45,145 nt of DNA from a virus (taxonomy: Duplodnaviria > Caudoviricetes), in IMG/VR virus record IMGVR_UViG_3300025018_000223, positions 1 through 45,145 of that record; one strand, 5' to 3'. The position numbers and the translations under genes were made by a program. The notes beneath the pieces are model-generated. The model had not been told where the DNA came from. It did no database searches and saw only the letters and a list, made by a program, of their open reading frames with translations. Within the stretch, counting starts at the first letter, position 1. Each line of letters opens with the position of its first letter. Shown here in pieces: positions 16,175-26,473 of the stretch.

Positions 16175-16502
16175 CTACGTCGAGCAGCAGGGGCCCTCCA
16201 TCAACCGACTGATCTACCTCTCCTTCGAGGGAGCCCTTCTCCCCAACCCCACCGAGGTGGTGGCCCGGATCGCTGAACACATCCAGATCGACGTAGGAGT
16301 TTGGGGCAGGGCCGCTGACCGCGTGTGCGCCAACCTTCTCGCTCTCCAGCCCGCCCTCAGTCCCGAAGTCCTCGCCCGTAAGGCGGTCACCGCGATGGCC
16401 GTGGGCAGCCTTATGCTCCTCCCCGCAGACCTCTACTCTCGGGGCGGCTACCACGGGCCTCAGCCCGAAACCCCCCACGCACCCCTCCACGGGTCGGGGT
16501 GA
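15945..16502 (+). CDS. Hypothetical protein
   Basis: AGAAAGG RBS; ends 3 nt before TerL; overlaps the previous ORF by 230 nt. Confidence 0.6.
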   Translation: MPKVKKTTERPPESPDSPTTSKSPTIPKPPEVSVPPPSSPETPVRMTPLELEELSEELSKELQIHLTPPQYQREVRNYVEQQGPSINRLIYLSFEGALLPNPTEVVARIAEHIQIDVGVWGRAADRVCANLLALQPALSPEVLARKAVTAMAVGSLMLLPADLYSRGGYHGPQPETPHAPLHGSG

Positions 16503-16505
16503 TCC

Positions 16506-18428
16506 ATGGCTAAAACGGGGGAAATCACCTACATCAAGGCCCCCCGCATCTTTGGGCCTGAAGATAACGCGCTCACACCCCTCCCTCCGGACTACGAGAG
16601 CCTGACCACGGAGGGGCAGCGGCTCGCCCGCGTGAACGCTTGCTCCATCTGGAGGGCCAAGAAGGCCAGACCCGAACATCTGGTCGCCTCGTGGCACTTC
16701 TTCACCCAATACTACCTGCACTGGGATGAAGCCCTGTTCTTCGAGTTATCTCCCGGCCAAGAGAAGCCTCTCCGCACACCTGACTTCCACCACTTGATCG
16801 TCCGTTCCCTCGCGGAGTGGGGCTCCACCGCCGCTGCCGCTCCCCGAGGGGGTGCAAAGTCCACCGTTGTTGACCAAGAAATCCTCCACATCATGTTCAC
16901 GACCTGCAACTTCAGTATGACGCTGATGCTCGCAGTGGGTCGCATGATCCAAAAGAGATTCTCGAAATATAAGTTCCAGATTCTTGAGAATCGACGGCTA
17001 CTCCAAGATTTCGGCCACCTCGCCCCATCCAAAGGTGAAAGCCCCTTTATGAATCAGGGGCTCTTTATCCTCCGCAACCGCGTAACCCTAGAAGGTATCC
17101 CGATGGATGGCCGCGCACGAGGCGCTCGTCCCGGTATCTTCTTCCTCGATGACCCCGAGTACGATCCCGAGGGGGCAGCCACCGACATGGCGATCATCCG
17201 TCGCCAGTTCGCTCGGACACTCTTCAAGGTTATCGTCCCCATGATGCGGCGAAACTGCCCCATCCAGTGGCTTGGCACCGTCATCAGCAAGCAGCACATG
17301 ATGTGGCTTGCGTGGTCGGGCCAAGACCCCCGCTTCGGATCGTGGCACCGCATCCTCCTCCCCGCCATCCTCGAATCCGGCGAGCCCCTGTGGCCCGAGT
17401 GGAAAGATACCGAGGAGATCGACCGCCTTCGACGCCAGATGGGTGACGCCGCTGTGGACGCCGAGTTCTTCAATATGCCCGGTGAGTCGGAGGGCAGCAC
17501 CTTCCACTTCGAGGATCGTCGCCACGTCGCCTACATTGACCAGACTGACTTCAACATGGAGGAGGGCGATCCGTGGAAGTCCAACGCGATCATCCTCCAG
17601 CCGGTATTCGACGGGTCGGGGAACCTCTCTGACACTCGCCGCCGCATCCCGGTAAAGGAGTGGCTTGGCGGGATGGCCCGCCGCTTCCTCTTTATTGATG
17701 CCGCTGTGACCACCACCGCCGAATCCGACTACACCGCCATCGTCGTTGTGGGTGTGGATGGAGACAACATCCTCTGGGTGCTTGACGCCCACATCGCCCG
17801 CATCAATCAGGAGACCCAGATCGACAAGTGCATCGAGATGGCTCTCAAGTGGAAGTGCCTCGCGGTGTGTGCCGAAGATGTCTCCATCCAGAAATCCCTG
17901 AATGAGCGGATCAGCACCCGGTTCATCCAAGAAGCCTATGAGACGGACGTGGTTCCCGCCGTCCTCCCCATCAAGCCGCCCTCCGGCTACACCAAGACAC
18001 AGCGAATCAGCGGGGCTCTCCGCTGGCGGTTCGACAACAATCTGATCCTTCTCCCCGGGTGGAAACGGTATGAGCCCTCCATCCAAGCCCTCATCCAGCA
18101 GATCGACGGATTCAACGACCAGATGGAGGGAGGGGGCCTGTCCTTTATTGATGGACTGGACGCCCTCGCCTACTGCCAACTCGTCATCCGGGGACGTGTT
18201 GCAGGTGAAGAACCTAGCCTTGTGCAGGGGAACCTGCCTACAATTATAGAGAAACTTGAACGTGGAGAGTATGTTGACGAGGCGGGGAACGATATTCGGC
18301 CTATGATCTTCAGTCTACCCAATGTTCCGAAGGCTCTGTTCGAGAAAGTCCTCCGAGACTCGGAGCCTGCAGAGTCTATCAACAATGACCCTATCTCTGG
18401 AGCCACCACCCATGAGTCAAGGTTCTGA
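16506..18428 (+). CDS. terL: Terminase large subunit
   Basis: Walker A APRGGAKST, Walker B IFFLDDPE, LGT coupling motif, nuclease acidic motifs FIDAA/SDYTA/DGLDALAY. Confidence 0.93.
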   Translation: MAKTGEITYIKAPRIFGPEDNALTPLPPDYESLTTEGQRLARVNACSIWRAKKARPEHLVASWHFFTQYYLHWDEALFFELSPGQEKPLRTPDFHHLIVRSLAEWGSTAAAAPRGGAKSTVVDQEILHIMFTTCNFSMTLMLAVGRMIQKRFSKYKFQILENRRLLQDFGHLAPSKGESPFMNQGLFILRNRVTLEGIPMDGRARGARPGIFFLDDPEYDPEGAATDMAIIRRQFARTLFKVIVPMMRRNCPIQWLGTVISKQHMMWLAWSGQDPRFGSWHRILLPAILESGEPLWPEWKDTEEIDRLRRQMGDAAVDAEFFNMPGESEGSTFHFEDRRHVAYIDQTDFNMEEGDPWKSNAIILQPVFDGSGNLSDTRRRIPVKEWLGGMARRFLFIDAAVTTTAESDYTAIVVVGVDGDNILWVLDAHIARINQETQIDKCIEMALKWKCLAVCAEDVSIQKSLNERISTRFIQEAYETDVVPAVLPIKPPSGYTKTQRISGALRWRFDNNLILLPGWKRYEPSIQALIQQIDGFNDQMEGGGLSFIDGLDALAYCQLVIRGRVAGEEPSLVQGNLPTIIEKLERGEYVDEAGNDIRPMIFSLPNVPKALFEKVLRDSEPAESINNDPISGATTHESRF

Positions 18429-18822
18429 CATCATTCTCGTCCTCCTCTTCGGTCTCACGTGTATCATTACCGTCCTGATTGCGGCCACCGTTATTGTATT
18501 CGTCCTCTGGTTACTCCTGACACCGATGGGTCGGGGTCTGGCGGGGAGGGGAGTTGAGCAGCCGCAAGGCGGTTCCTTCCCGGTGGCGACCCCGCCAGCC
18601 CTCCCATCGCCTGATGCAGAGGGGCCGTGGAAAGTATCTGATCTGCCCCCGGAGGTCTTCCAGCATGGGGACTTTGACTACGCGGGAACTCTCGCGGCGG
18701 AGCCGGTCGAGAATCTGGGGGGCGTTCGTGTGCCCACCGCCTACCGAGTCCCCCCCGTGGCGGGAACTGCGTCCGTAATGCCTTCATCCAAGGAGGGTGT
18801 CTTCGTAGACCCCAAGTTCTAA
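18412..18822 (+). CDS. Single-pass membrane protein between TerL and portal
   Basis: GGAG RBS; hydrophobic N-terminus of about 30 residues. Confidence 0.65.
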   Translation: MSQGSDIILVLLFGLTCIITVLIAATVIVFVLWLLLTPMGRGLAGRGVEQPQGGSFPVATPPALPSPDAEGPWKVSDLPPEVFQHGDFDYAGTLAAEPVENLGGVRVPTAYRVPPVAGTASVMPSSKEGVFVDPKF

Positions 18823-18831
18823 GGGAGTTCA

Positions 18832-20841
18832 ATGGCTACTGACACCAAACAAGCCTATCTCTTCCCACGGGACAAGAAAGCCCTCGCTGCGGCTCTCGCC
18901 ACAGTTCTCGAACTGGGCAAGACCAGTCTCCGAGGCCGCACCCTTGGTTGGTTGATCCACTACTTCTACCTGATGGGAATTAGGGACTTTCCCCTAATCA
19001 ACGCCACCACTGGGAGTGTCCGCATCAGTTGGGTAACCCGGGACCAACGACTCCCCTTCAAGTACCCCGGGGCTCTCAAGCAACATATGACGGAGATGGG
19101 CCGTCTCTTGCAGGTAGACGTGTCTCCTCTCGTTGAAGCCACCGCCGACGGGCTGACCGTCCTCCGAGACCGAGCCCTCGCCCAAGTAAGTCTTGACGCC
19201 CTGACTACAGAGTCCAATCGAGATAAAGTCAAGCAGCATATAACCAACCTGCTCCTGAACTTTGGGACTGCCGGTTTGAGCGCCTATGTCTACGGGTCGG
19301 CGGACACGGGCTATCACGCCGAACTGGAGGCCATTCCCCCGTGGGAACTTACACCCATCCCACACGCTCCGTTCTGCCTATCGCAGTTGCAGGGTCTCAG
19401 CCGGGATCGCTTTATCCCAATCTCTGACGCCATCGCCCGCTTCGGTAAGACGATCCTCTCCAAGAACTTCGACGAACTCGAATGCCTCCGCCTTCCCTAT
19501 GGGGAGTACCAAGACAGTGCTCTGGAGGATACGGGACTCGCAGCGACGGGGCTCAATCAACCCACGGTCGCCGCTGAACCAGCCAAGCAGCCGAAGGGCA
19601 CCCTCCGAGGTGAAATCGACGATGACCGCTCCATGCTCTACATGCATCTCCATGAGGTATGGTTGACGGGTCGGGGGGACGAACTTCGTCGCTACATTGT
19701 TCGCTCAGGTCTTGTCATCCTCAAGGATGAGGAGTTTCCCGAGGGTGCGGGGACCGCAGTGCCCATCCACATCAGCAGGTACGGGGACACCGGCAGTTTC
19801 TACGGGGCCTCCTATGCCGACTTGGTTGTGGGGCTAAACCGTGAAGCCGAGAAGAATATCCAGAACCTGTTGGAGAATGCTCGGAACCTCGACAAGTATG
19901 GATTCCTCGTGTTGCCTTCGGACATGGGGGCCCAGATGAAGATTCACTCTCAGGATCAGGGCAACGGGCTCCGCGTTATGTTCTGGCAGCCCAGCCAGTT
20001 CACCGAAAAGATGAGCCGTCCCCAGATTATCCAACCGGCGACCACCTCGAACTTCCCCGGCGATGTCGCCGCGTTCATCGTAGGCCAGTTGAACCAGATT
20101 ACGAAGGACACCAGCCTTACGTTGCCCGCCCGAACGGACAGCGCCAACGCCATCGGTATGATCGACGAGGCAAGCCGACGACCCATCACCCAAACCCTGA
20201 AGGGCTTGGCCTCACAGTTCGGTAACGTCTATCGTTACATTGTGATGCAGGCGACCGAGTTCTACGCCCAGAAGACTCCCGTGTTCCTCAGTGAGATCGA
20301 CGATAATCTGGCGGGCATCATCCTCAATCCCGCCAGCGGCCAAGTCCAGTTGGAGTTGGGATTCCAACCTAAGACTGAGGGGCTCCGCTTCACAATCCGT
20401 AGTTTCAACCCGAACGAGAAGGAACTCATCAAGAGGGAAATCTATCAGATGGTGCAGATGGGGATGGAAGACCCCGCCGCCGTCCGCTTCCTCAATCTCA
20501 AGTATAAGTTGAGGATGCCCTTTGCGGAGACGCCCGAGATCAACACTTATCGAACAACGATGCTCAACAACATCTTGTTGTTCAATGATGGGCAGACTCC
20601 CGGGCAGATCGTAGCCAGTGGTCTTGTAGATAGTCCGCGCATCGCCATGATGGGCGTTGCCAATTTTATGACAAGGCCCTTCTTCCGCTTCGCCTCCGTC
20701 GAGGTGCGCCAAGCATTCGAGAATCTCTACCAAGGATACCAGATGTCTCTGACGGTGCCTCGTATGCAGCCGCAGGGGCAGCCTATGCCCGAAGACATCA
20801 TGCAACGGGGCGAAGATAGTCAACAGCCCCAACCACAGTAA
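18832..20841 (+). CDS. Portal protein (podovirus-size)
   Basis: 669 aa, follows TerL, Q/P-rich C-terminus; assigned from position and size. Confidence 0.75.
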   Translation: MATDTKQAYLFPRDKKALAAALATVLELGKTSLRGRTLGWLIHYFYLMGIRDFPLINATTGSVRISWVTRDQRLPFKYPGALKQHMTEMGRLLQVDVSPLVEATADGLTVLRDRALAQVSLDALTTESNRDKVKQHITNLLLNFGTAGLSAYVYGSADTGYHAELEAIPPWELTPIPHAPFCLSQLQGLSRDRFIPISDAIARFGKTILSKNFDELECLRLPYGEYQDSALEDTGLAATGLNQPTVAAEPAKQPKGTLRGEIDDDRSMLYMHLHEVWLTGRGDELRRYIVRSGLVILKDEEFPEGAGTAVPIHISRYGDTGSFYGASYADLVVGLNREAEKNIQNLLENARNLDKYGFLVLPSDMGAQMKIHSQDQGNGLRVMFWQPSQFTEKMSRPQIIQPATTSNFPGDVAAFIVGQLNQITKDTSLTLPARTDSANAIGMIDEASRRPITQTLKGLASQFGNVYRYIVMQATEFYAQKTPVFLSEIDDNLAGIILNPASGQVQLELGFQPKTEGLRFTIRSFNPNEKELIKREIYQMVQMGMEDPAAVRFLNLKYKLRMPFAETPEINTYRTTMLNNILLFNDGQTPGQIVASGLVDSPRIAMMGVANFMTRPFFRFASVEVRQAFENLYQGYQMSLTVPRMQPQGQPMPEDIMQRGEDSQQPQPQ

Positions 20842-20866
20842 GCCTCATTGAGGCAGGAAGGCCACC

Positions 20867-21808
20867 ATGCCCACCGAAGAACTGAAGAACGATGAAGTGA
20901 GTCCCGCCCCCAAAGCCCCTGTGTCGGGGGACGACGGCACAACGTACCAGATCGTAACGGGTGACGGGAAGACCCGCTCTGTAACCTTGACCGAACTTAC
21001 TGAGTTGGCGACTAAGGCGGACTCCGCGATTGCCGCCGCCGAAGCAGCCAAGGGTTCGGTCGCCGAGTTCGAGAAGGTCAAGGGACACATTACGAAGGCG
21101 CTCCTCGAAAATGATATGGACGCCGCCGACGCGCTTATGGAAGCCGCCGGGCTCAGCGCCGAGTACCGGGCTCAGATGCGAGCCGCCATGAAGAACCAGA
21201 TTGAGCCTGCTCGCCTGCCCGACGAGGATGGCGGGGAGGAGGAGGAGGAGGAGGAGGAGACCGTGGATAAGAACCCCCCCAAGAAGGGAAAGAAATCAGC
21301 GGATGCGCCCAAGGTGGACGCCGAGGCCCGCAGGCAGGCGGCTGAGACCGCTGCTGAACTCCAGCAGTTCCGTAAGGAACGGAACACCCAGTTGTTCCAA
21401 CAATCTTTGGAGAGGGCGCTTGACTCACACGAACAGACTGCTACCATTCTAAAGCAGAAGGACGACGGGAAGAACCCGTGGCCGGAGTTTGTTCGGAAGT
21501 CCGCAACCTCTCGGTTGTTAGCCTTGGTCAGGTCGAAGGGTTTTGACCCTTCATCGCTTGACAGTCTTGCAGCGCAAGCCGTCAGGGAGACCGCGAACCA
21601 GATGGCGTCCTTCAGGGAAAGTCTCCAAGGCGAGCGCTCACAACCGAGCGTCGGACCTTCGGGGATACTACCGAACGCGGACTTCGAGTTTGCCGAACCC
21701 TTTGAGGGTAAGGTGCCGAACGTGGTGACGGACCCCGCCAAAAGTAAAGCCTATATCGCCAGTCTGCTGGCGAAGGAACTGGCGGGTGGGTCGGAAGCCT
21801 CGTTCTAG
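20867..21808 (+). CDS. Scaffolding protein
   Basis: Acidic, helical, poly-E tract; lies between portal and capsid genes. Confidence 0.65.
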   Translation: MPTEELKNDEVSPAPKAPVSGDDGTTYQIVTGDGKTRSVTLTELTELATKADSAIAAAEAAKGSVAEFEKVKGHITKALLENDMDAADALMEAAGLSAEYRAQMRAAMKNQIEPARLPDEDGGEEEEEEEETVDKNPPKKGKKSADAPKVDAEARRQAAETAAELQQFRKERNTQLFQQSLERALDSHEQTATILKQKDDGKNPWPEFVRKSATSRLLALVRSKGFDPSSLDSLAAQAVRETANQMASFRESLQGERSQPSVGPSGILPNADFEFAEPFEGKVPNVVTDPAKSKAYIASLLAKELAGGSEASF

Positions 21809-21903
21809 CCTTCTGCCCCCGGATCAGGACGACTCGAAGGCCGAAGTAGGGAGGACTAGCGTAAAGTAGCACTACGTCCCTTATGGGACAGAAAGGAACG
21901 GGT

Positions 21904-23328
21904 ATGTCAGCAACAATCATGTCTGCCCTTTCCGCAGTAGTCACGCAAGTTCTAGACCCGGGTGTGACTAACAACCTCCCGAACGTGGACCCTGCGTGGA
22001 AGCGAATCTCGCCAACCTCCAAGGGTGTGTCGGCCTCCAAGGTCGGTCGAGACTTCAAGGTTATCAAGACTTACAGCCACAGCGTCGCTGGTGTCAACCA
22101 GTTCGCCGCTCTCGCTGGCGATTCTGCATTCGATTCGGCGGGTAATGTCGGCGTCCGTAACTCCTTCGAGGCTTGGCCTCTGGCGACGGGCTCCATCCGT
22201 CCCGTCCCGTTTCAGGACGAGATCAGCCTTGTCCGCTTCAAGGGTATCCTGTCGATTGATCTCGACCTCGTTCGAGTCAATACCCTCAACGCGACCATCC
22301 TCGACTACATTCAGGATATGCTCCGTGGACACACGGTGGGCACCTGTATGGCGTGGACGGCTGGTTTCTACACCAACAACGACACCACCAAGGGTTTCTT
22401 CAAGGTTGGCACCGTTGATGGCGGGGCGACAGCCGCACTTGTCACCTTCACGGTGACGGAGGGCCGCATCTTCCGAGTTGCTAATGGCACTCGTGTTACC
22501 ATCTATGATGGCGTAACCTCTACTCCGCTCGCGGGCGAGGGCACGAACATCATGGTGATCGACAAGATCGACCCGCTCTCTAAGAAGGTCAGCATCCGGC
22601 GTCTGTCCGGCACCCAAGACCTCTCTAATCCGGCCGTTATCACCACGGGAGACACCATCGGACTCTACAGTTCGTATGGCCTCGCCATCAACGGCCTTGA
22701 GTCCTATCTCAAGACCAGTGGTTCTGTCCGTAACATTGCGCTCGCGGACCACCCCGAGTTCGCCAGCATGGCTGATACCTCGGGGGGCGCTATGAACCGC
22801 ACCAAGTTGCTCAAACAACTCGGTAAGTTCAATGACGCCTATAAGTTGTGGGGTATCAATATTGATACTCTGCTCACCACCCAAGGTGTGATGAACACCT
22901 TTATCTCCAACGACCTCGAAGCCCTCCTGTTCGAGTCGCGGGGACGCACGGTGGTTGGCCCCAAGGGCTTTGATGACGCAATGGAGTTCTTCTACGACGG
23001 ACGCCGATATGAGATCGTCGTCTCCCAGATGTGCGCCCACAACACCTGCTATGGGGTGAAGTTCGCGGAAGGCAACTGGGAACGGTATCTCCTGCCTGCG
23101 ATTCCCAAGGCGACGAAGGCTTCTGCCTCCTACAAGGGGCACACCCTCCCGCAGGAACTCTACTGGTGCAACACCGCCCTCGGTGGAAACACCATCTGGG
23201 CTCCGATCGTGGGCTCCAGCGGCGAATGGACGAACGGTGCTCAGGCCCCCTATGAGGCTGTTGGTCAGGTGGCCCCTAATCAGGTTCAGGGAATCATCTT
23301 CACCAACCTGACTGAGACCATCGCCTAG
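21904..23328 (+). CDS. Major capsid protein
   Basis: 474 aa, follows scaffold, GAAAGGA RBS, strongly biased codon use, hairpins downstream. Confidence 0.75.
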   Translation: MSATIMSALSAVVTQVLDPGVTNNLPNVDPAWKRISPTSKGVSASKVGRDFKVIKTYSHSVAGVNQFAALAGDSAFDSAGNVGVRNSFEAWPLATGSIRPVPFQDEISLVRFKGILSIDLDLVRVNTLNATILDYIQDMLRGHTVGTCMAWTAGFYTNNDTTKGFFKVGTVDGGATAALVTFTVTEGRIFRVANGTRVTIYDGVTSTPLAGEGTNIMVIDKIDPLSKKVSIRRLSGTQDLSNPAVITTGDTIGLYSSYGLAINGLESYLKTSGSVRNIALADHPEFASMADTSGGAMNRTKLLKQLGKFNDAYKLWGINIDTLLTTQGVMNTFISNDLEALLFESRGRTVVGPKGFDDAMEFFYDGRRYEIVVSQMCAHNTCYGVKFAEGNWERYLLPAIPKATKASASYKGHTLPQELYWCNTALGGNTIWAPIVGSSGEWTNGAQAPYEAVGQVAPNQVQGIIFTNLTETIA

Positions 23329-23370
23329 AAAAACTCTCTCCTCTCTACGAAGGGAGGTGATCCGATTCTG

Positions 23371-23413
23371 TAGCACAGGGGGCTGGGACTAGAAGTTCCG
23401 GCCCCCGCTGCTA
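23371..23413 (+). terminator. Long hairpin after the capsid gene, overlapping a CTATAAT -10-like box
   Basis: TAGCA..GGGGGCTGGGA / TTCCGGCCCCC..TGCTA; no clear U-tract. Confidence 0.45.
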
Positions 23414-23450
23414 TAATCTAGGGGGGATTTACCAACCCAAGGAATCAACG

Positions 23451-24014
23451 ATGAGTTCAGTCCACACACTCAGCGGCCACGAACTCCCCGTCGCCGGGAG
23501 GGTCGATCTACCCCTCGAACGGGGACTCCCCTACAACCCCGACCGACACCAAGTCACCGAGACGCTGTTCGCTCAGTGGGCGCAGCAGGAGTTCCTGAAC
23601 CCCGACCTGTTTACCTACCGGCACCTCGAAGCCAACTCGTGGATGCTCGCCCAGTGGCTTGATGATGGCCACAGTACGATGGTGGAAGTCTGGGGAACAG
23701 AACCGGGCACGGCCACCCAGCCTCTCGACCAACTGCTCCAGAATATGGACTTCGCCGAGGTCTCCCGCCGCATCAAGTTGGCTACCGCCGTCCGCTCCGA
23801 GGTAGCGAAACTGGCGCTCAACCGCAAGCGAGAGGAGGCCGCGCAGTTGGCTGCTGCGGACCTCATGGCTCTCGAAAAACGAGCCGAACTCGTCCGGTTC
23901 TTCCGCCACCAACTGGAGCGGGAAGGCCGGCCCAGCGATGCGAACGAAAAGTTCCTCCACGATCTTGCGGATGGGACTACTCCCTATCAACCCGCTTATG
24001 GAGCCATCCCCTAA
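23451..24014 (+). CDS. Hypothetical virion-module protein
   Basis: AAGGA RBS; coupled to the next gene. Confidence 0.7.
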   Translation: MSSVHTLSGHELPVAGRVDLPLERGLPYNPDRHQVTETLFAQWAQQEFLNPDLFTYRHLEANSWMLAQWLDDGHSTMVEVWGTEPGTATQPLDQLLQNMDFAEVSRRIKLATAVRSEVAKLALNRKREEAAQLAAADLMALEKRAELVRFFRHQLEREGRPSDANEKFLHDLADGTTPYQPAYGAIP

Positions 24015-24922
24015 TGCCCACCGGCGCTCTATCCGAAATTATTGACATCATCCGAGTGCGGACGGAATCCGTCATCAGCCAAGCCCTCTTCGCGCCCACC
24101 GCAACAGGCAACAACCGCCTTATCAGCACGACCATCCGGCCCGCGTGGGCCGAAGTCATCGCGGCGGTCTCTGGGACTGATCGGGAAATCCGCGTTCCCT
24201 TCAACATCACCTTTACCTCCGGCGTGACTCGCTATCCGGTCCCCCCCTACATCGGCTCCATCCGCGAACTCGTGCGGCTCAACGACGCGGGTCAAGTGAC
24301 CCAGTACCTCAACTCCTTCAACGATCGCAGCCCGGGGGGTTTCGTGTGGCGTTTGGAGCACCACACCCTCGTCCTCTCTTTCGACCCCATCAACTTCGAT
24401 AGCCAAGTCTGGACCCTTCGTTATATCCCCGGAGCCGATTTCCAGATGCACGAGGGACTCACCATCCCTGACACCAGCACTACCTTCCTCCTTAGCGCTG
24501 CGCCCACCCTTGGCACACTCGACACCCGGCCTAACGCCTACCTCGGAGCCCTCCTCCGCGTCCTCAACGACGCCAATGGCATCCTCCAAGAACGAGTTGT
24601 AACCGCCTACGACGCGGCGACCCGTATCTGCACCGTCGAAGCCTTCGACCCGGTTCTCAGTGGGGATGTCTCTTACGACATCCTCCCACCCCTCTACACC
24701 GAATCCCTAAAGAATGCGGTGGCTCTCACCGCCGCCCGCATGATGTGGACGCCAAGCGGTGCGGAAACCAAGTTCCGACGCCTTGGACTCGAAGCAGCCC
24801 AAGCCCTCGAAACCGCGTCCAAGGAACTCCATCAACTCAACGGAGTCCAGATGTTCAAGTTTGGCGAGGGCTCCTACGACGGACCCGTTTACTGGAACAA
24901 CAGCGGCTTCCCCGGCCACTAA
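24014..24922 (+). CDS. Head-tail adaptor-like protein
   Basis: Position after capsid; helical N-terminus followed by FTSGVTRYPVP-type beta segment typical of podovirus adaptors. Confidence 0.55.
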   Translation: MPTGALSEIIDIIRVRTESVISQALFAPTATGNNRLISTTIRPAWAEVIAAVSGTDREIRVPFNITFTSGVTRYPVPPYIGSIRELVRLNDAGQVTQYLNSFNDRSPGGFVWRLEHHTLVLSFDPINFDSQVWTLRYIPGADFQMHEGLTIPDTSTTFLLSAAPTLGTLDTRPNAYLGALLRVLNDANGILQERVVTAYDAATRICTVEAFDPVLSGDVSYDILPPLYTESLKNAVALTAARMMWTPSGAETKFRRLGLEAAQALETASKELHQLNGVQMFKFGEGSYDGPVYWNNSGFPGH

Positions 24923-24930
24923 GGAATCTC

Positions 24931-25410
24931 ATGCTCGTTCGAGGCCCCCGACCCGCCATTGACACCCTACTCCTCCACTCGAACTTCACCAAGGGTCGGT
25001 TGGTTGGTGGGCAGGGTCCGTGGGCTAATCCCCGCATGGACGCCCGCTTTCTGACTCGGCCCCTCGGCGGTATCGTCAACAACGGCCTCAGCGGCCTCGA
25101 TGGGTCGGGGTCTTCCTCCGCCTACGAAATCTCCGGCCCTGTCTATGGGGACTCCATCTCCAACATGTATGACACGAGCCTCGGGGACTTCGTGACCAAC
25201 CACCAAGAGGGGGACTTCAATCTTGAAGAAAACTTCTTCTTCTCCAACAACCAAGTGGGCGCTGTTCCCGCTCTCGTTCTCTCTGGTCTCTCCATCGACG
25301 GCGGCAACCTGATGGGAACCTTCACGCCCATGATCGTCCAGCAGACCTTCGGCGTCGTTACCACCCCGCTCCTCCCGCTCCACGAAGGACTCTGCACCAG
25401 CGATGCCTGA
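24931..25410 (+). CDS. Hypothetical virion protein
   Basis: AAGGA RBS before ATG 24931. Confidence 0.6.
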   Translation: MLVRGPRPAIDTLLLHSNFTKGRLVGGQGPWANPRMDARFLTRPLGGIVNNGLSGLDGSGSSSAYEISGPVYGDSISNMYDTSLGDFVTNHQEGDFNLEENFFFSNNQVGAVPALVLSGLSIDGGNLMGTFTPMIVQQTFGVVTTPLLPLHEGLCTSDA

Positions 25411-26473
25411 GCACATCCTCGCCAAAGATGGGAACTTCCTCTACAGGTGCCGCCACGACGCCCTCCTGTACCCCGGTCCACCCCGCACCTCCGAGGGCGA
25501 GCCCCCACCTCCACCTCCACCCCCACCAACGGGCGAGCGCATCCTAGCCGCAGGTCACTTCATCGGCCCCGACAACATCCGCCACCTTGCCCAATGGAAC
25601 GGCGATGCGTGGCAACCGCCCAATGGCGTGGACACTGAACTCGCTGAGGGTGATGTCATCAACGCCGTGGGTTCCGCCCAAGGCCACGTCCTTTTCTCGG
25701 TGGGGTTGGGCGATAGTTCGGGCTGGTCTCTCCGCACGATCAACTTACAAGGGCAGTGGTTAGAACTTGAGTTCTTCCCATTTGCTCCCCAATCACGACT
25801 ACCTCAAGCCATCTTCTCCTCCACTTACTACCCCGGAGGTCTCATCCTTGTAACAGGGGGGCCAAGCCACCCCATCAAGGTCTTTCTGTGGTATCCCGAT
25901 ACTGGGTTTACCTCTCTAGGGGGAATCCCCGAGGGCAACACTGTATGGGGCCATTGCGATTTCGATGGCTCGATCCTCCTAGGGGGTCCAAACGGACAAA
26001 TCTGGCGATACCGCATAGGTACGGAGACATGGGACTTGTGGGGATTCCCATACCTCCCCGGTATGTTTATGAGGGCCCTTGCTGTCCACGACGGATTCCT
26101 ATATGCCTCAGCCAACTCAACTGACCCCGACCCCGACGAGTTGCCCATTGTCGTATATGATGGGGGTTGGTCCAATATTAGTGGGGGGCACTCTTTCGCG
26201 TGGACCGGAGGCCGAGTCTTTCAAGGGTCGCTCTATCAGGCAGGTCAGGGGGCTGAACAAGGGGTCATTCTCAAGTATGAGGAGGGGAGCCTCTGGTCTA
26301 ATTACCGCACGGGGTGGGGGTTTATCCAAGTTAGCACCGCGCAACATATGTATCTTGCGGGGGACTTCGGAGCGCACCCGGGGGTGTGGATAGACGTTGG
26401 AGGTGGCTCAGAACCTACTCGGTTGGGTGAGCCCTCAGTAAACGGGGCGGTGATTCTTCACCCGGAGGCGTAA
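25403..26473 (+). CDS. Beta-propeller-like protein after a poly-Pro linker (possible receptor-binding or tail appendage)
   Basis: PPPPPPPP then repeated blades (LAQWNGDAW, WRY...TW, LAVHDGFLY, YLAGDF). Confidence 0.6.
   Translation: MPEHILAKDGNFLYRCRHDALLYPGPPRTSEGEPPPPPPPPPTGERILAAGHFIGPDNIRHLAQWNGDAWQPPNGVDTELAEGDVINAVGSAQGHVLFSVGLGDSSGWSLRTINLQGQWLELEFFPFAPQSRLPQAIFSSTYYPGGLILVTGGPSHPIKVFLWYPDTGFTSLGGIPEGNTVWGHCDFDGSILLGGPNGQIWRYRIGTETWDLWGFPYLPGMFMRALAVHDGFLYASANSTDPDPDELPIVVYDGGWSNISGGHSFAWTGGRVFQGSLYQAGQGAEQGVILKYEEGSLWSNYRTGWGFIQVSTAQHMYLAGDFGAHPGVWIDVGGGSEPTRLGEPSVNGAVILHPEA

Noticed and set aside
21233-21260. (GAG)n microsatellite
   Set aside because: It simply encodes the poly-Glu linker of the scaffold protein
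21952-23376. Long antisense ORFs (474 aa opposite the capsid gene; also 872-1966, 17088-18179, 42224-43153)
   Set aside because: Shadow frames produced by GC-rich, C-ending codon bias of the real genes; no RBS or recognisable motifs
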